Shown here: positions 49,992-63,075 of the stretch, piece by piece
How the letters are laid out: each line of letters opens with the position of its first letter
Numbering within the stretch: position 1 is the first letter of the stretch
From: Eledone cirrhosa
Lineage: Eukaryota
Reading direction: 5' to 3'
Length of the DNA stretch: 64,000 nt
Assembly: GCA_964016885.1 (NCBI GenBank)
Contig: OZ024740.1
Location: forward strand, 168,020,001-168,084,000
Position numbers and translations under genes: made by a program
The notes under the pieces: generated by a model
The model's database searches: none
What the model saw: the letters and a program-made list of their open reading frames with translations, nothing else
Told to the model about the DNA's origin: nothing

Positions 49992-52900
49992 TTTCATTTA
50001 TTGGCCACAAGGGCCGACATATAGGGGACAATACAAAAGACTGGGACAGTGGGGTTTTACAGAAAAATCGAGTAAACAATATGAATAAACAAAGTAACAA
50101 TAACAAAATAACAATAAAGTAACAAGAAAATTACAAGAAAACATTCCTCAATAGGGGGGATGACCACCTAGGGTTCGCTCAGGTACCCCACCAGTCCTGA
50201 ACGACCCGACGCTTCGAGAGAACCCTGGAAGAGCACACCTCTCCTCTTCAAATTTACCTACCTACAGCTGCATGACCAGAGTAGGCCCACTCACACGGGC
50301 CATTCTCGCCACATTCACCCACCTTTCAGCAATGTACTAGGAGGCAGCACTTCTCTCTCCACCCTCACCTTCCTTTCCAAGTGAAACTTGAAAAAGTTGA
50401 TGAGGGATTGGCCGAAGAGAAAAATGTCTGTCTTCAGTCCTTTCAATCTCGTCCACCATACAACCTCTTTCGCTACTGCCACCAGACAGAGGAAAATTGC
50501 CTACCCTTCCTGGCCAAAAGAAGGCGGCGGGTCGATCTTCACTATGGACTCGGCCGATAGCCGAATCCGTTCTACACGCGACAACAGCTGTTCAACATAA
50601 CTCCACAAGTCAGTAATGCACGGACACTGGACGAGTGCGTGCAGAACGGTTTCGTCGCTCTGCGCGCATCTCGGGCAGGTCCGTCTGACAGCACTTCCGT
50701 GCCTGTAGAGTTTATCTCGATCCGGTAGTGCCCCCGGGTAGCGCTGCCAAGCGAGGGATTTTTGGAAATTATCCATCGTCCACGGCTCGAAAGTCCTCCG
50801 GTACAGACTGGTTAGTTCGACTTCGTTGACTCCCAGAGCCTCTCTGAGTGCGTCGTCGCACTTGCCCACCACTAATCCTCTATAGAACTCGAGAGTGGAA
50901 GTTCCACTGACCGCATTGCCCGCCTGGTAGAGGGCAGTGAGTGCCTGGCAACATTCCAGATGCCAGTCACCCAGTCTCGGTCTCTTCTTGACCCAGGACT
51001 GCAACTCAGTCAAAGAAACGAGCTGCGGAAAGGCCCGTCTGACAAACGGCGACCACACCTGTTCACCGTTTAGGCAGAATATCTGGAGATGCCGCAGCCT
51101 CAGCGCGTGCCTGCTCATCATTAGCCACGGCATGCCCAGCCCTCCACGTAGAGGGTGCTGGCAGCAGATGGACCGCCTCACCAGCGGAACCTGACCCCTC
51201 CACAAGAATTTGAAGAGGAGCCGCTCCAAGATAGCGAGGCGCGAACGGGGGCAAGGGACGACAGTCAGACGGTAGTAGATGACGGACGCGATGTACGCGT
51301 TCGCCACCACCGCCCGACCTTTCAGTGATAGCTTCATCCCAGCCCATTTCTGGGTGAGACTGACTACCCTGCCCGTCACCTCAACTGACTACCCTGCCCT
51401 GCAACAGCTCCAGCTTCCGCAGTAAAGGCTCGAGAGTCAATACGTACAGAAGGGAGGAGAGAGGGCACCCTTGACGGACAGATCGGGAGACCTGAAACGG
51501 TTCTGAAAGGTGGCCATTAATTTTGAGCATCGAGCAGGTGCCACTGTGCATTGCAGCGATCCAGCTTCTGAAGACGGGGCCGAAGCCAGCCGCCTTGAGG
51601 ACAGCCTCCAGGTACCGATGGTCGACCCTATCGAATGCTTTCGATTGATCTGAATTGATCAGAGCCCCACCGAAGCCAGGTTTACACCCTACCCTCTCTA
51701 TGATGTATCGCATTAGGTGGAGGTTGTCGTGTATGGACCTGGTTGGGATTGCACAAGTTTGCGCCTCCCCAACCAAATTCCCGACGACAAGCGCCAACCT
51801 CTTCGCTAATACCCTGGCCAAAATCTTAAACTCTGTGTTGAGTAGAGTTATGGGCCTGAAATTGTCTAATGTATCCCTCTTGGTCTCGTCTTTCCTTATC
51901 AGCGTCACTACGCCCCGGCTCACAGAACTGGGAATACTCCCGTTTTGCTGCCAGTTGCAGTAGAGCGCTTCGAGGAAATTGGAGAACAAGTCAGGCATAT
52001 TTACGTAAAGCTCGTAGGGCAGACTATCCAAACCGGGTGACTTGCGCCTCATGCAGCCTACAAGGGCATCCTGAATCTCGGCTGAAGTAATTGGCCTTTC
52101 GCAGCGCCCAGCGTCAGCCGTCGAGAGTTGCGGCAAGCCATCGAGGTAGGGACTGAAGTCGGCCACCATCTCTGACCCGCCATTTCCCCCGAACAACCGA
52201 GCAAAATGTTGGCGAAAGGCCTCACACATCCTCTTGGAATCGCTCAGCTCGAGCCCGTCTCGGTCCGTCAAAGACCGAATCGTGGTTTTATTATCACGCT
52301 GCGCCTCTGCCACGCGGGCCCATCGAACAGCTTTGGTTCCCTCGTTTCTCAGAGCGCGCGCCTTAGCTCTGACAATGCAACCTTCGTGTTTCGCATTGAA
52401 GAAATGGTCTAATGCCATTCTCGCCGCTAGCACATCAGTTGCAATGCCACTACCAATAGCCTCGTCTAACTTATTTACCAGCTCTCCCTCCTTTCTATTT
52501 TTCTCTAATGCTACTTCTTTGCTAAACTCTATCGACATTACTCTAATCTCTCTTTTGAGAGCCCCCCACCATCTATTGTTGACGACTCCCCCTGTCAACT
52601 TTTTCTTAACTAAATTGTTGACCTGGTCCCTGTAAGCCTTACGTGCCGGAAATGACATGTTTAGCTTCCAGTAACCAGGTCCTAACCTACGCGTCTTATC
52701 TAGGTCGACCATACAGATCACAAACTTGTGATCTGAATAGGCGACCGTTTTAAAACGTGGACAGCTTACACTATTTCTGTCTATTTTCCTAATGAATATC
52801 CTGTCTATATACGATCTAGATGACCCTATGCGGTTAGCCCAGGTCCACACTGGCGCATTAGGGAAATCTAGTCGGTACCTGTCAGACAGTTGGAACTGCT

Positions 52901-55610
52901 GATCAGGTTCTTGAGGCTTTTGCACCCCCCACTCCTATCGGATATTCCCACACAGTCCCAGCGTGCGTCTAAGATGCCGTTCCAGTCCCCCGCTAACAGT
53001 AAAGGGCGAGACGTACCCAGAAAGGCTTCCAGCCGTTTAAAGAAGTCCGGCCGTCCTGCCCCAGCAGGAACATAGACGGCCACCAGTCTAAAGGCACCAC
53101 CTTCATTATTGTTCACGTCCAGGACCACCAACTTCCCGTCCGGGTCCCGGAAGATCGACCTTACCTCGAGATCCAGGCCTTTCCTAAACAGCCCTGCCAC
53201 CCCGCCTCCCATTCCCGGCTGGCTAACAGATGCAAAGATCTGATAGTCGTCGAAAATGGGGGCTAGTGCGCGCGTGTCGGAAATCCTGGTCTCGCTGACT
53301 TCAATTACATCCATTTCTATAGGCCTGAGGTCGTTGAGCAGGTGACCCTGCTTCCAGGACGATCCCAGGCCTCGAACATTTAAACATCCTACTCTTAATA
53401 CGGCCATGTTGGAAGGTTAAACAAAGAGAGAGGAAGGTTTACTTACCTTCCGGGCTCTTGTGAAGGTCGGGTTGTTCGACCTCCATAGTTAATGGGGTTT
53501 CTTTTGGGAACCCCTTTAAAAGTCTTGAAGTGGGTTTTACTTTCGGGGTTCCCACGTCCCGAGGAAAGCTGTCTCGTATTTCTTTGAATATGTCGAGCGA
53601 TATTCGCACCAGAACCAAATCTTCCGGCACGCGAAATGTGCTCGATTTAAACATTTCCCCCTCTTTTTGTATATTTTCACTTCGTGCTACGAGGGCCATC
53701 AGTTCCTTGTTGACCCTCCTGACGAGCACGAAGTTTTGTATGTTTTGTTGGTGTGATTTTATTTGTTTGCGTGGCTGTGGTGGTGATGGTTTTTGGTGGT
53801 GTTGTTTCGGTTGTATCTGTGTTTATTGTGAGTGCGATGTCTGTGGTTTCAGATGTTTGTGTGTATATTTGTTCTTGCGTCTGTTTCGGTTGTTTTCATT
53901 TGGGGGATTCTGGTGATGGTGATGGTGGTGTTGATGTTGGTGTTATTGGAGAGATGTTTGCGTGGGTGGTGTCTGCGTTTTTTATTGTGGGTGCTTTTGT
54001 GCTTTGTTGAGTTTTTTTATTTTCTTTTTGTGTTTCCTTTTTTGTATTTTGGGGGATTTTGGATTTCCCTCATCTCCACTACTGGTAGATGAGGGGTCTG
54101 TGTCTGTAAGTGTGTATGTATGTATGTTTAAGGTTTTATTGGTGTGTGTATTTTGGGGGGGAGGGGGAATTTGACAGCTTTCCTCGTTTCCCCCCTGGGT
54201 GGTCAATGTTGGTGGTGGTCTTTCTATTGGTGTTGTTGTTGGTGGTTTTGCCGGTGCAGGTGTTGGTTGTGGTCCTCGCCCCGGCGTCGGCAGCAGTGGA
54301 GCCTTTCGACCCCTTGCCTCTTTCAACAGTTGAGGGCAGAAGACTCACAAATGGGTTTTTTCCCCACAAACAAAACACTGCGGCCTTTTGACTTCGGTCA
54401 TAATGTGAATGACAGTCCCATTCTGAAGGCGGGTGTGGTCTGGGATTGTCTTCACATTCTCGGGCCTGATCTGGAGAAGAATCTCCAGGTCAACCCCGGA
54501 CCAGTCCTCTCTGGCCGTTCTGGTCACTTCTATAGGGACTGTATCCGTCCCCTCCACAATCACACACCCCAGAAGCCACCACATGTCAAGTCCTGGTTGG
54601 ATTCTGGGAATGCGGAGACGGGCCATTCTTTTTCCCATGTGGGAGGGATACATTATGACCTTGCTGGTTTTTCAAGGAGTCATGGCGTGTTTCATCGCGA
54701 GGGCTTCTGACTTGAACAACACCGAAATGGTGCCGTACTGTCTGCCCCTCTGGTGTCTTCTCTGATGCACCTCAGCGCGACTTCGATATCTTCTTGTGGG
54801 ATTAACGCTGCCCTTTTGGTTTGTGCTGAGATGCATCTATAATGCACCGTTTTGCGCTCCACTGCCTCAATAGCTTCTACCGGGACAGTTAAGTTGGCCC
54901 AAGTTTGCTCTTGCTTGATGAGCTTCCATGCCTGGGCCAACTTTTCATCTTTGTTTGAGAGGTCCATGCTGAAGCATCGCCTCTTTTCTGCTGCTGCCGC
55001 AGCGAAAGTGGTCTTGTTGGGGGTGTTGTTGACGTTGTTCTTGTTGGTGTTGTTGTTAGGACTGTCGCTGTTATCATTGGTGTCTTTGTTGCCACCGTTG
55101 TTCTCGGTGCAGTTGGTATTGTTGCTGTTGGTGTTGTCGCTATTTGTTTTCATGTTAGTGGTGTTGATATTGTTGTTGTATTTTTTTTTTTTTTTTTGTT
55201 ATCTGTATTTTCGTTGTCGCTGTTACTGTCATTTTTTTCAAAATTAGATTTCTTATTGGTATCATTGGTGTCTTTGTTTACCTTGTTTGTGGTGGTGTTT
55301 GTGTTATCAATGTGTTACTTTCGCTGTAGCGCTCCTCTCAACTTCTACATCGTTGTCGCACGACAGCCGACATATCGCGGGGGGGGGGGGGGGGGGCTCA
55401 GCCATGTTTTTTTTTCTTCGTAAATGTTTTAACATGTAAAACAAAGTTCAAATATTTGGGCCAAAAGGCCCAAATGTTATACTTTCCCCTTCACGGGGCA
55501 AAGTCTAAGGGCTTATATCCCTTACACAACAAGAAATATTTAACAACAAATAATTTAAACAGGCAAATAAAGCGACTTACTGTGAGCGAGCAAAATACGT
55601 CGCTTAGACC
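49989..55610 (-). mobile_element. Tx1-like LINE family 2, full span, decayed
   Basis: (AAT)n at both ends. ORF1 (ATG ~55405 to stop 53439) is frameshifted, with knuckle CFVCGEKTHL. ORF2 starts at 53407 (CLNVRGL) and is split; the YADD region is deleted at ~51385. Confidence 0.92.
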
Positions 55611-55672
<62 letters not shown>

Positions 55673-55674
<2 letters not shown>

Positions 55675-58600
55675 CTTTCTTTATTAACCACAAGGGTTTA
55701 CATAAAGTAGACATTAAGTACAGTACAGGACAATACAGGACGGTACAAATGGGCATTTCTGCGTGTAAAAAAAACAAAAACAGGATGTAACAAAAATAAC
55801 AATGAAAAATTCCCCCAAGGGGGGAGACTTCCGAGGGACATTTGTGGAGAAAGCCCATTAAAAGGCCACAGTGACCCTGACCACTAGGGCAAGTGCCCTC
55901 TCCCAGTTTTCCACCTTTAATTTACAGACACATACTCAGAGTAGGCCTATTCACTCGGGCCATACTTGCTTCTTTCACATATCTTTCAACAAAATGCTGG
56001 GAAGAGAGCACTTCCCTCTCTACCCTGATTTTCCTTTTCAAATGAAATTTGAAAAAGTTAATCAGGGCATCACCGAAGAGGTAAGTGCTCGTCTTCAGCC
56101 CTTTCAAACGTGTTCACCATACTATCTCTTTCGCCATGGCCACCAGACAGATAAAAACTGCCTGCCCTTCCCGGCTAAAGTAAGAAGGCGGGGCTTCCTC
56201 ACGATGGACTCAGCTGATAGCTGGATCCGTCCTACACGTGACAGCAGGTGTTCGAATAACCCACAAGTCAGCAATGCTCGGACACTGGACGAGTGCGTGC
56301 AGGACTGTTTCGTCGCCCTGCGCGCATCTCGGACATGCCCAGCTGACGGCACCTCCATGCCTGTAGAGTTTATCCCGAACTGGCAGAGCTCCTCGGTAGC
56401 ACTGCCAGGCCAGGGATTTCTTGAAGTTGTCCATAGGCCCCGGCCCGAAAGTCCTTCCGAAGAGATTGGCTAGTTGATTTTCGTCGACGCCTAGATTTGC
56501 TCCAAGTACGTTGTCGATCTTCCCCTCCACTAATCCTCTATAGAACGCCAAGGTGGAGTTTCCACCGATCACATAGCCCGATTGGTCGAGGGCTGTGAGC
56601 GCCTGAAGACATTCCAGTCTCCAAGCGCTCCCTCTCGGTCTTCGCTTGACCCAGGACTGCAGCTCGGTCAAGTAGACGAGCTGGGGAAAGACGTGTCTAG
56701 CAAACGGCGACCATACCTGATCACCGACGAAGAAGAGGTGGAGATGTCTTAGCCTGAGCGCGTGTCTGCACATCATCAGCCACGGCATGCCCAGCCCTCC
56801 ACGTAGCGGGTGCTGACAGCATATGGACCCCCTGACCATCGGAGCGCGTCCCTTCCACAAAGAGAGAAAGAGCAAACGCTCCAGCGCAGTCAGGCGGGGC
56901 TTAGGACAAGGTACGACGGTCAGGCGGTAGTAGATGACGGACGCGATGTATGCGTTAGCCACCTCTGCTCGACCTTTCAGGTATAGCTTCCTCTCCGCCC
57001 ATTTCTGGGTGAGAGAAGCCTCCCTGCTCGTCACCTCGTCCCAGTTTTTGTCCGTCTGGAGGTCTGGACCGAACCAGACCCTAGCAATTTAACCGGTCCG
57101 TCCGTCCAGCGCCCGACGACGCTGTTGGACGGCATGGACCTGCCTCTCCACGTGCCGAGCTGCAGGCCCACTGACTTTTCCTGGTTGATCATTGCTCCTG
57201 TCACCGCTTCGTATTCTCTTAGTGTAGTGCCGATCGCCTCGATGTGTTTGGCATTCGACACCACTACGGTGACATCGTTCGCATATACTGACACGGATCT
57301 TCCGCATCCTAGTTCGCGCGGGACCCCCCCCCCCCCCCTCAACGTCTTCAGTTTGTGCAGTAATGGCTCGAGAGTCAATACGTACAAGAGGGACGAGAGG
57401 GGACATCCTTGGCGGACCGAGCGCATGATGTTGAACGGTTCCGAAAGGTGACCGTTCACTCTCACCACAGAGCAGATGTCGCTGTGCATAGCAGCGATCC
57501 AGCCTCTGAAGACGGGCCCAAAGCCAGCCGCCCTTAGGACTGCTGCTAGGTAACGATGGTCGACCCTATCAAAAGCTTTCGACTGATCTAAATTGATCCA
57601 GGACCCACCCGTGAAAGGTTCCCTAGCTACCCTCTCTACGATGTATCGCATGAGGTGGAGGTTGTCGTGGATGGATCTGTCGGGAATGGCGCATGTCTGC
57701 GACTCTCCCATCAGACCACCAACGACAAGCGCCAACCTCTTTGCTAACACCTTGGCCAAAATCTTGAACTCTGTGTTTAGCAGAGTTATGGGCCTGAAAT
57801 TATCTATGTTATCCCCCTTGTTCGGATCCTTTCTCAGCAGCGCTACAGCTCCTCGGCTCACAGAACTGGGAATTCTCCCGTTCTATTGCCAGTTGCATCT
57901 GTACGTAAAGTTCATAGGGCAGACCATCCAAACCAGGCGATTTACCCCTTGTGCAGCCAGTCATTGCCTCCCGTACTTCAGCGGCTGTTATCGGCTTTTC
58001 GCAACACTCGGCCTCAGTGGCCGAGAGCTGCGGCAGTCCGTCGAGGTAGACACTAAAGTCCATCCCTCGATCTGGCCCACCGCTGCCCCCGAACAGCTGT
58101 GCGAAGTGTCGCTGAAAAGCTTCACACATTTGCCCGGGATCGAGTAGCATGGCCCGTTGTGGTCCACCAAAGACCGGATCGTGGCTTTGTTGCCACGACG
58201 CGCCTCCGCCACTCGGGCCCATTGAACGGCTTTCGTCCCCTCGTGTCTGAGAGCACCCACCCTAGCTCTGACAACGCAGCCTTCGTGCTTTGCATTGAAG
58301 AATTGGTCAAGGGCCAATTTCGCCGCAAGTACGTCGGTCGCGATGCCTTTGCTAAGCGCCTCGTCTAATTTTCTAACTAGTTCTCCCTCTGCTCTATTTT
58401 TCTCTATTGCTAACGCCTTACTAAACCTAATGGACTCTATTCTAATCGCTATTTTAAGAGCAAACCACCAGTTGTTGTTGACGATGGCCCCCGTCAAAGC
58501 CCGCTTAACTAGTTCGCTAATCCGGTCTCTGTAGGCCTTGCGCGCTGGTAAGGACGCGTTTAGTTTCCAGTAGCCGTGTCCTCGTCTATGAAGCCTATCT

Positions 58601-61568
58601 AAGTCAAGCACACAGATCACGAATTTGTGGTCCGTGTAGCTGACTATCTTGAATTGTGGACAGCCTATGCTAGACCTATCTATTTCCCTACAAAATACTC
58701 TATCTAGATCTGATCTGGATGACCCTATGCGATTTCTCCAAGTCCACATTGGCACATTCGGGAAATCCAATCGGTACCTGTCAGACAGTTCAAAACGCCT
58801 GAGCAGGTTGGTGAGGCTCTTGCACCCTCCTCCCCTATCCGCTAATCCCACACAGTCCCAGCGTGCATCTAAGATCCCCTTCCAGTCGCCCACTAACACT
58901 AAAGAGCGGGACGTTCCAAGAAAGGTCTCCAGACGCCGGAAGAAATCAGGCCGCCCTGCTCCTGTCGGGGCATAGACGGCCACTAGCCTGAAAGCTTTCC
59001 CGTCTCCGCTGGTCACGTCCAACACCACTAACTTACCTTCTGGGTCCAGGAAAATGGCCCGTATGGCGAGATCCAAACCTCTCCGAAAAAGCACAGCAAC
59101 TCCTCCCCCCGATCCCGGACGGCTGGAGATGCGTACACATCGTAGCCGCCGAAGATCGGTGCGAAGGCCCGTGCTTCGGAGATTCTGGTCTCGCTGATGG
59201 CCACTACATCTATGTTTAGTGACCTGAGGTCGTTGAGCAGGTGGCCCTGCTTCCATGACGACCCCAAGCCATGCGCATTTATGCTGCCTATTCTGAGTGA
59301 GGTCATGTTGAAATGGAGTGGAAAAGATGGGAAAGACCACTTACCTTACTTCTCGTAGAAGAAGGATGGTTTCTCCATCCTTTTCACTGCTTGTGGCCTC
59401 CTCCGGAAGGATGTCCTTATAAATCCTCCTGGAGAGTGCTTGTCGGAAGTCTCCGATGTCTTTGGGGAATTTTTGTTTTTGTGTCGTGTACGTTTTCTGT
59501 GTGATGCGAGTGATTTGTATGTGTGGAGGTGGTGTGAAATTTTGGGTTGTTGTGTAGTCATTTTCTGTGATGCTGGTGTTGTGTTTGATGTAGTGTAATA
59601 ATTGGTTGTTGTTCAAATTTAATTGTTTCTACTTTTGGCACAAGGCCAGCAATTACCCAGTGTATTACTGGTACTTTATTTTTGTTGTTGTTCAAATTTA
59701 ATGCTGTGTAGTGTGTATCGTTTTGGTTGTTTTGTTTTGTTTGCGTTTGTTGTGGGTTTGTTTCTGTTTCGCTTTTTGGTGACTTTTGTGGTGTTGAGGA
59801 TGGTAGTGTTGGGGTTAATGATGGTGATGGTGTTGGTGTTTGTGGTGATGTGGTTGGTGATGCTGGTGTGGATGGTGGCATAGCTGTCCTAACTTTTTTG
59901 TTTGATAGTTTATTTGTTTCCCACTGTATTTTGTTTTTGGAGGGGGAGGGAAAGGAATTTTTTCTTTTTTGGTTTCTTTTACTTTTTTCTTTTTTTCTTT
60001 TTTCCTGATACCGTTTCCCACTCCTCGTCGTCACAATATGTCTCCAGTTGCGATAGGTCGGGGAGTGGAAAATCCTCCACAGGCGTTCGTTTTGTTTGTG
60101 GCGTGGTGGATGGTGTAGGCGCTCGTGCTAGTTCTGGTGCGTTGGGTGGTGGTGGTGGTGGTGGTTTGCTACTGTTGCTGGGGTTGTTGCTCTTACAGTT
60201 CCTTCTGTTGTTGCTGCTACAGTTGTTGCTGCCATTTCTGCTGCTGGTCGTGTTGATGGTTGAGTCACTGGGGTGGGTAAAAGAGGTGGCCTCAACCTTT
60301 TAGCCTGAGGGCAGAAAGCCCTTAGGTGGGTTCCTTCACCACAAACGACACACCTAGGCCTTCTGCCCTCGACGATTACGGTGAGGTGGCTGCCGTCAAT
60401 GAGGTCTATTACCTCTGAGATCTCCTCAATTCTTTTTTGGTCCGCTTGGATCAGGAGCTCCATCCCAGATCCGGACCAGTTCTCCTGCTTTTCTTTCGCT
60501 ATTTCGATTATCTTGGTGTTGGCTTCGATGCCGGCGAGGACGGCAGCCATTAGCCAGGGAATTTCGATGGCCGGTGGTACGTGGGTCACCCTGATCTTTA
60601 CGAGTCTCTGGCCACAATAGCTTGGGACGAGTGTGAAGTTGTCACTTCTTAATGGGGCCATGGAGTGTTCTCTGGCCTCCTGTGTTGTTTCAAAGAACAC
60701 ATCCACGGCTCTATATTTCTGCCCACGTCTGATGTGGGGTTTTTTTGCCCACACATGTCCCAAAGCTTTTTGGATTTGGGACTCGGATGCCCGTTCCACT
60801 CGGCGCGATTTTATGTTAATCGTCCGATAAGACACGGTGCATAGGCGCCGATGCTCCATTTTATTAGGTGGTGGGGTGGCCCTGTACCCATTTTTCTTTA
60901 CCATTCTTTTGGCTTCTTCTAATCCCTCCTGAGTTACCTGGAATGCTTCGCACTTTTTTGCTACTCTGGCAAAAGACAGGGTGGTTTTCTTAATTTCATT
61001 GTTGCTGTTGTTGTTATCGTTATTTTTGTTATTGCTAATTTTAGTTTCAGTTGTGGTGGTGGTGGCGTCAGTGGTGTTCGGTGTGGAAGAGTTCATTTTG
61101 GGTGAATTCATTTCGATATCACGAGATCATTTATTTTTTTATTTTGTTTCTGTTGTCGCTGTGGTGGTGGTGGGGGTGGCGGCTTCAACACCTGCAGTCA
61201 TTGGTAATGGCGGGAAATGAATATCTGCCTGAAACAAGTTTAAAATATTGCTACTGCTTATATTTTTAGTGTTGGCAAACGTAGTAATATTTACAATGGT
61301 GGTGTCGGTGTGAGGTGCTAGTTTGTGAGGAAGCTGTGACTCTGAGTCGTCCATGATTTTTTCAAATAAAAATTTTTTGTTTGATAATTATAAAAGTTTA
61401 AATTTTGGGCTCAAGGCCCCAATCTTTTTGAGTGTCCTTTTCAGATAACAATGTATGTGCACTTATATACAGTTACAATAAAAATTGTCCATAAATCGCA
61501 ATTTTAAACAGCGAAAATAACAAACCTTTGCGGAGCTCACGATAATACGCTTTACTACGTAGGTCGCC
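55673..61568 (-). mobile_element. Tx1-like LINE copy D, full span, decayed
   Basis: (AAT)n at both ends. ORF1 from ~61354 (knuckle CVVCGEGTHLRAFC) to 59341. ORF2 59306-55922 is near-identical to copies A-C but frameshifted. Confidence 0.92.
59624..59683 (-). mobile_element. 60-bp SINE 3' fragment inserted in copy D ORF1, 19-bp TSD
   Basis: GTTGTTGTTCAAATTTAAT at 59605-59623 and 59684-59702. Confidence 0.9.
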
Positions 61569-61597
61569 AATAATAATAATAATAATAATAATAATAA

Positions 61598-61787
61598 TTG
61601 TTTCTACTTTAGGCACAAGGCCAGGAATTTGAAGGGAAGGGGAAAGTTGATTAAATCGACCCCAGTGCATTACTGGTACTTTATTTTATCGACCTCGTAG
61701 GGATGAAAGGTAAAGTTAACCTCGGCGGGATATGAACTCAGAACGCAAAGGGCCGTAACTCTCTGCCACGTTGAATGGTGTCCGACG
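61598..61787 (-). mobile_element. tRNA-SINE (longer variant) whose (ATT)n tail abuts the Tx1 copy D 5' end
   Basis: Same core and tail as 9121, plus an extra GAAGGGAAGGGGAAAGTTGATTAAATCGACC segment. Confidence 0.85.
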
Positions 61788-61804
61788 ATAATAATAACAA
61801 CAAT

Positions 61805-61975
61805 AATTTCTATATTGGCCACTCGGGCAGAAAACGTCAAGGACAATACAATAAGCAGAGACAGTGATGATTTACATATAAACGTGTAAAGAGAGAACGA
61901 AACAAATTACAAATACGAACAAAATTCTCCAATAAAGAGGAACACCACACAGGTATAGTTAAGGAATCCCCACAG
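61805..61975 (-). mobile_element. Degenerate 3' UTR of a further Tx1-like family
   Basis: After an AAT tract: TATTGGCCAC..GGGC...GGACAATACAA...GACAGTG...TTCTCCAATA, collinear with 49997-50155. Confidence 0.55.
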
Positions 61976-61984
61976 ATGTTCAAG

Positions 61985-63075
61985 CTAGCTGACGAACAGT
62001 GTGATTTCTACACCGGGCGCAGCACAGCCGACCGAATAGTCACACTGCGGCAGCTCTTTGAAAAATCTAGGAAGTATTGCCAGGAGTGTATGCTTGTTTC
62101 GTAGACCACGAAAAAGCTTATAAACGCATTCCACAGTACCTGTTGAGGAAGGTTGTATAGAAGAATGGGTTCGATAAACAGCTTCTTATTGCCCTGATGT
62201 CTCTATATGAATGTCCTAGTATTTGTGTTCGGATAAATGGCGCTAAATAAAAATTTTTCAACAATGTGTATTGTAACCTCTTCTGTTCATAATCTTCATG
62301 AATAGGATTTATATGCGCAGCCGGATTGGAAGTGATATCAGGACTGGCAGGTGTAAGATAAGTCGGCTGGAATTTTCAGACGACATAGTATTACTTAACA
62401 CGTCAGAGGTGATCTTCGATAGGCACTTTACAGGTTAGCTGCCGATTGCTGTACGGCAGGAATGAAAATCAGTGCTGCGAGGACAAAGTCACTCATTCTC
62501 TCAAGGAAGCCTTCACAGGGCACTCTACATGTAAGTTCCACTGAAGTAGATGGAGATGTTCTAGTATCTCGGGGCCATTTTCAAGAGTGATAGAAGGTGG
62601 AAGGCTGAATTAAGTGCAAGAATTGCAGAAGCTGGTGTATTACTGCATTCAATAATCAGAGGGGAGGTAGGTATAAAAGCCAAACTTGCAATCTTCTATT
62701 CGGTATTCGTGCCAACCTTTGGTCATGAATCTTGGGTAATGACTGAAATAATACGATTGTATCGCGAATACAAGCGGCTGAAATGGAATTCCTATGAAAG
62801 GTCTTTTCTTGATAGAATGCGTAGCTCGGAGAGCAGGAAATCGCTGCATGTAGAGCCGCCACTATTCAGAATTGAGAGATCACAGGTCCGATATCACGGT
62901 CAGGATGCCTCAAGAAAGAATCGCTGGACAGATTTTACGGGCAAATCCAACTGGCAACAGACCCGATCGGTAGACTGGAGCAAAATGGACCAATAACATC
63001 CATGAGCTCGGCTGATCTCGCTTGTGGATCCAGCCGAATTAGTCGCTTCTGACAGGACAAGAAGAAGAAGAAGAA
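61985..63075 (+). pseudogene. Degraded RTE-clade (Rex3/Expander-like) LINE, 5'-truncated
   Basis: EQCDFYTGRSTADRIVTLRQLFEKS, ACFVDHEKAYKRIP, LEFSDDIVL, GMKIS, YLG, VPTFGHESWVMT, LFRIERSQ; ends in (GAA)n. Confidence 0.75.
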
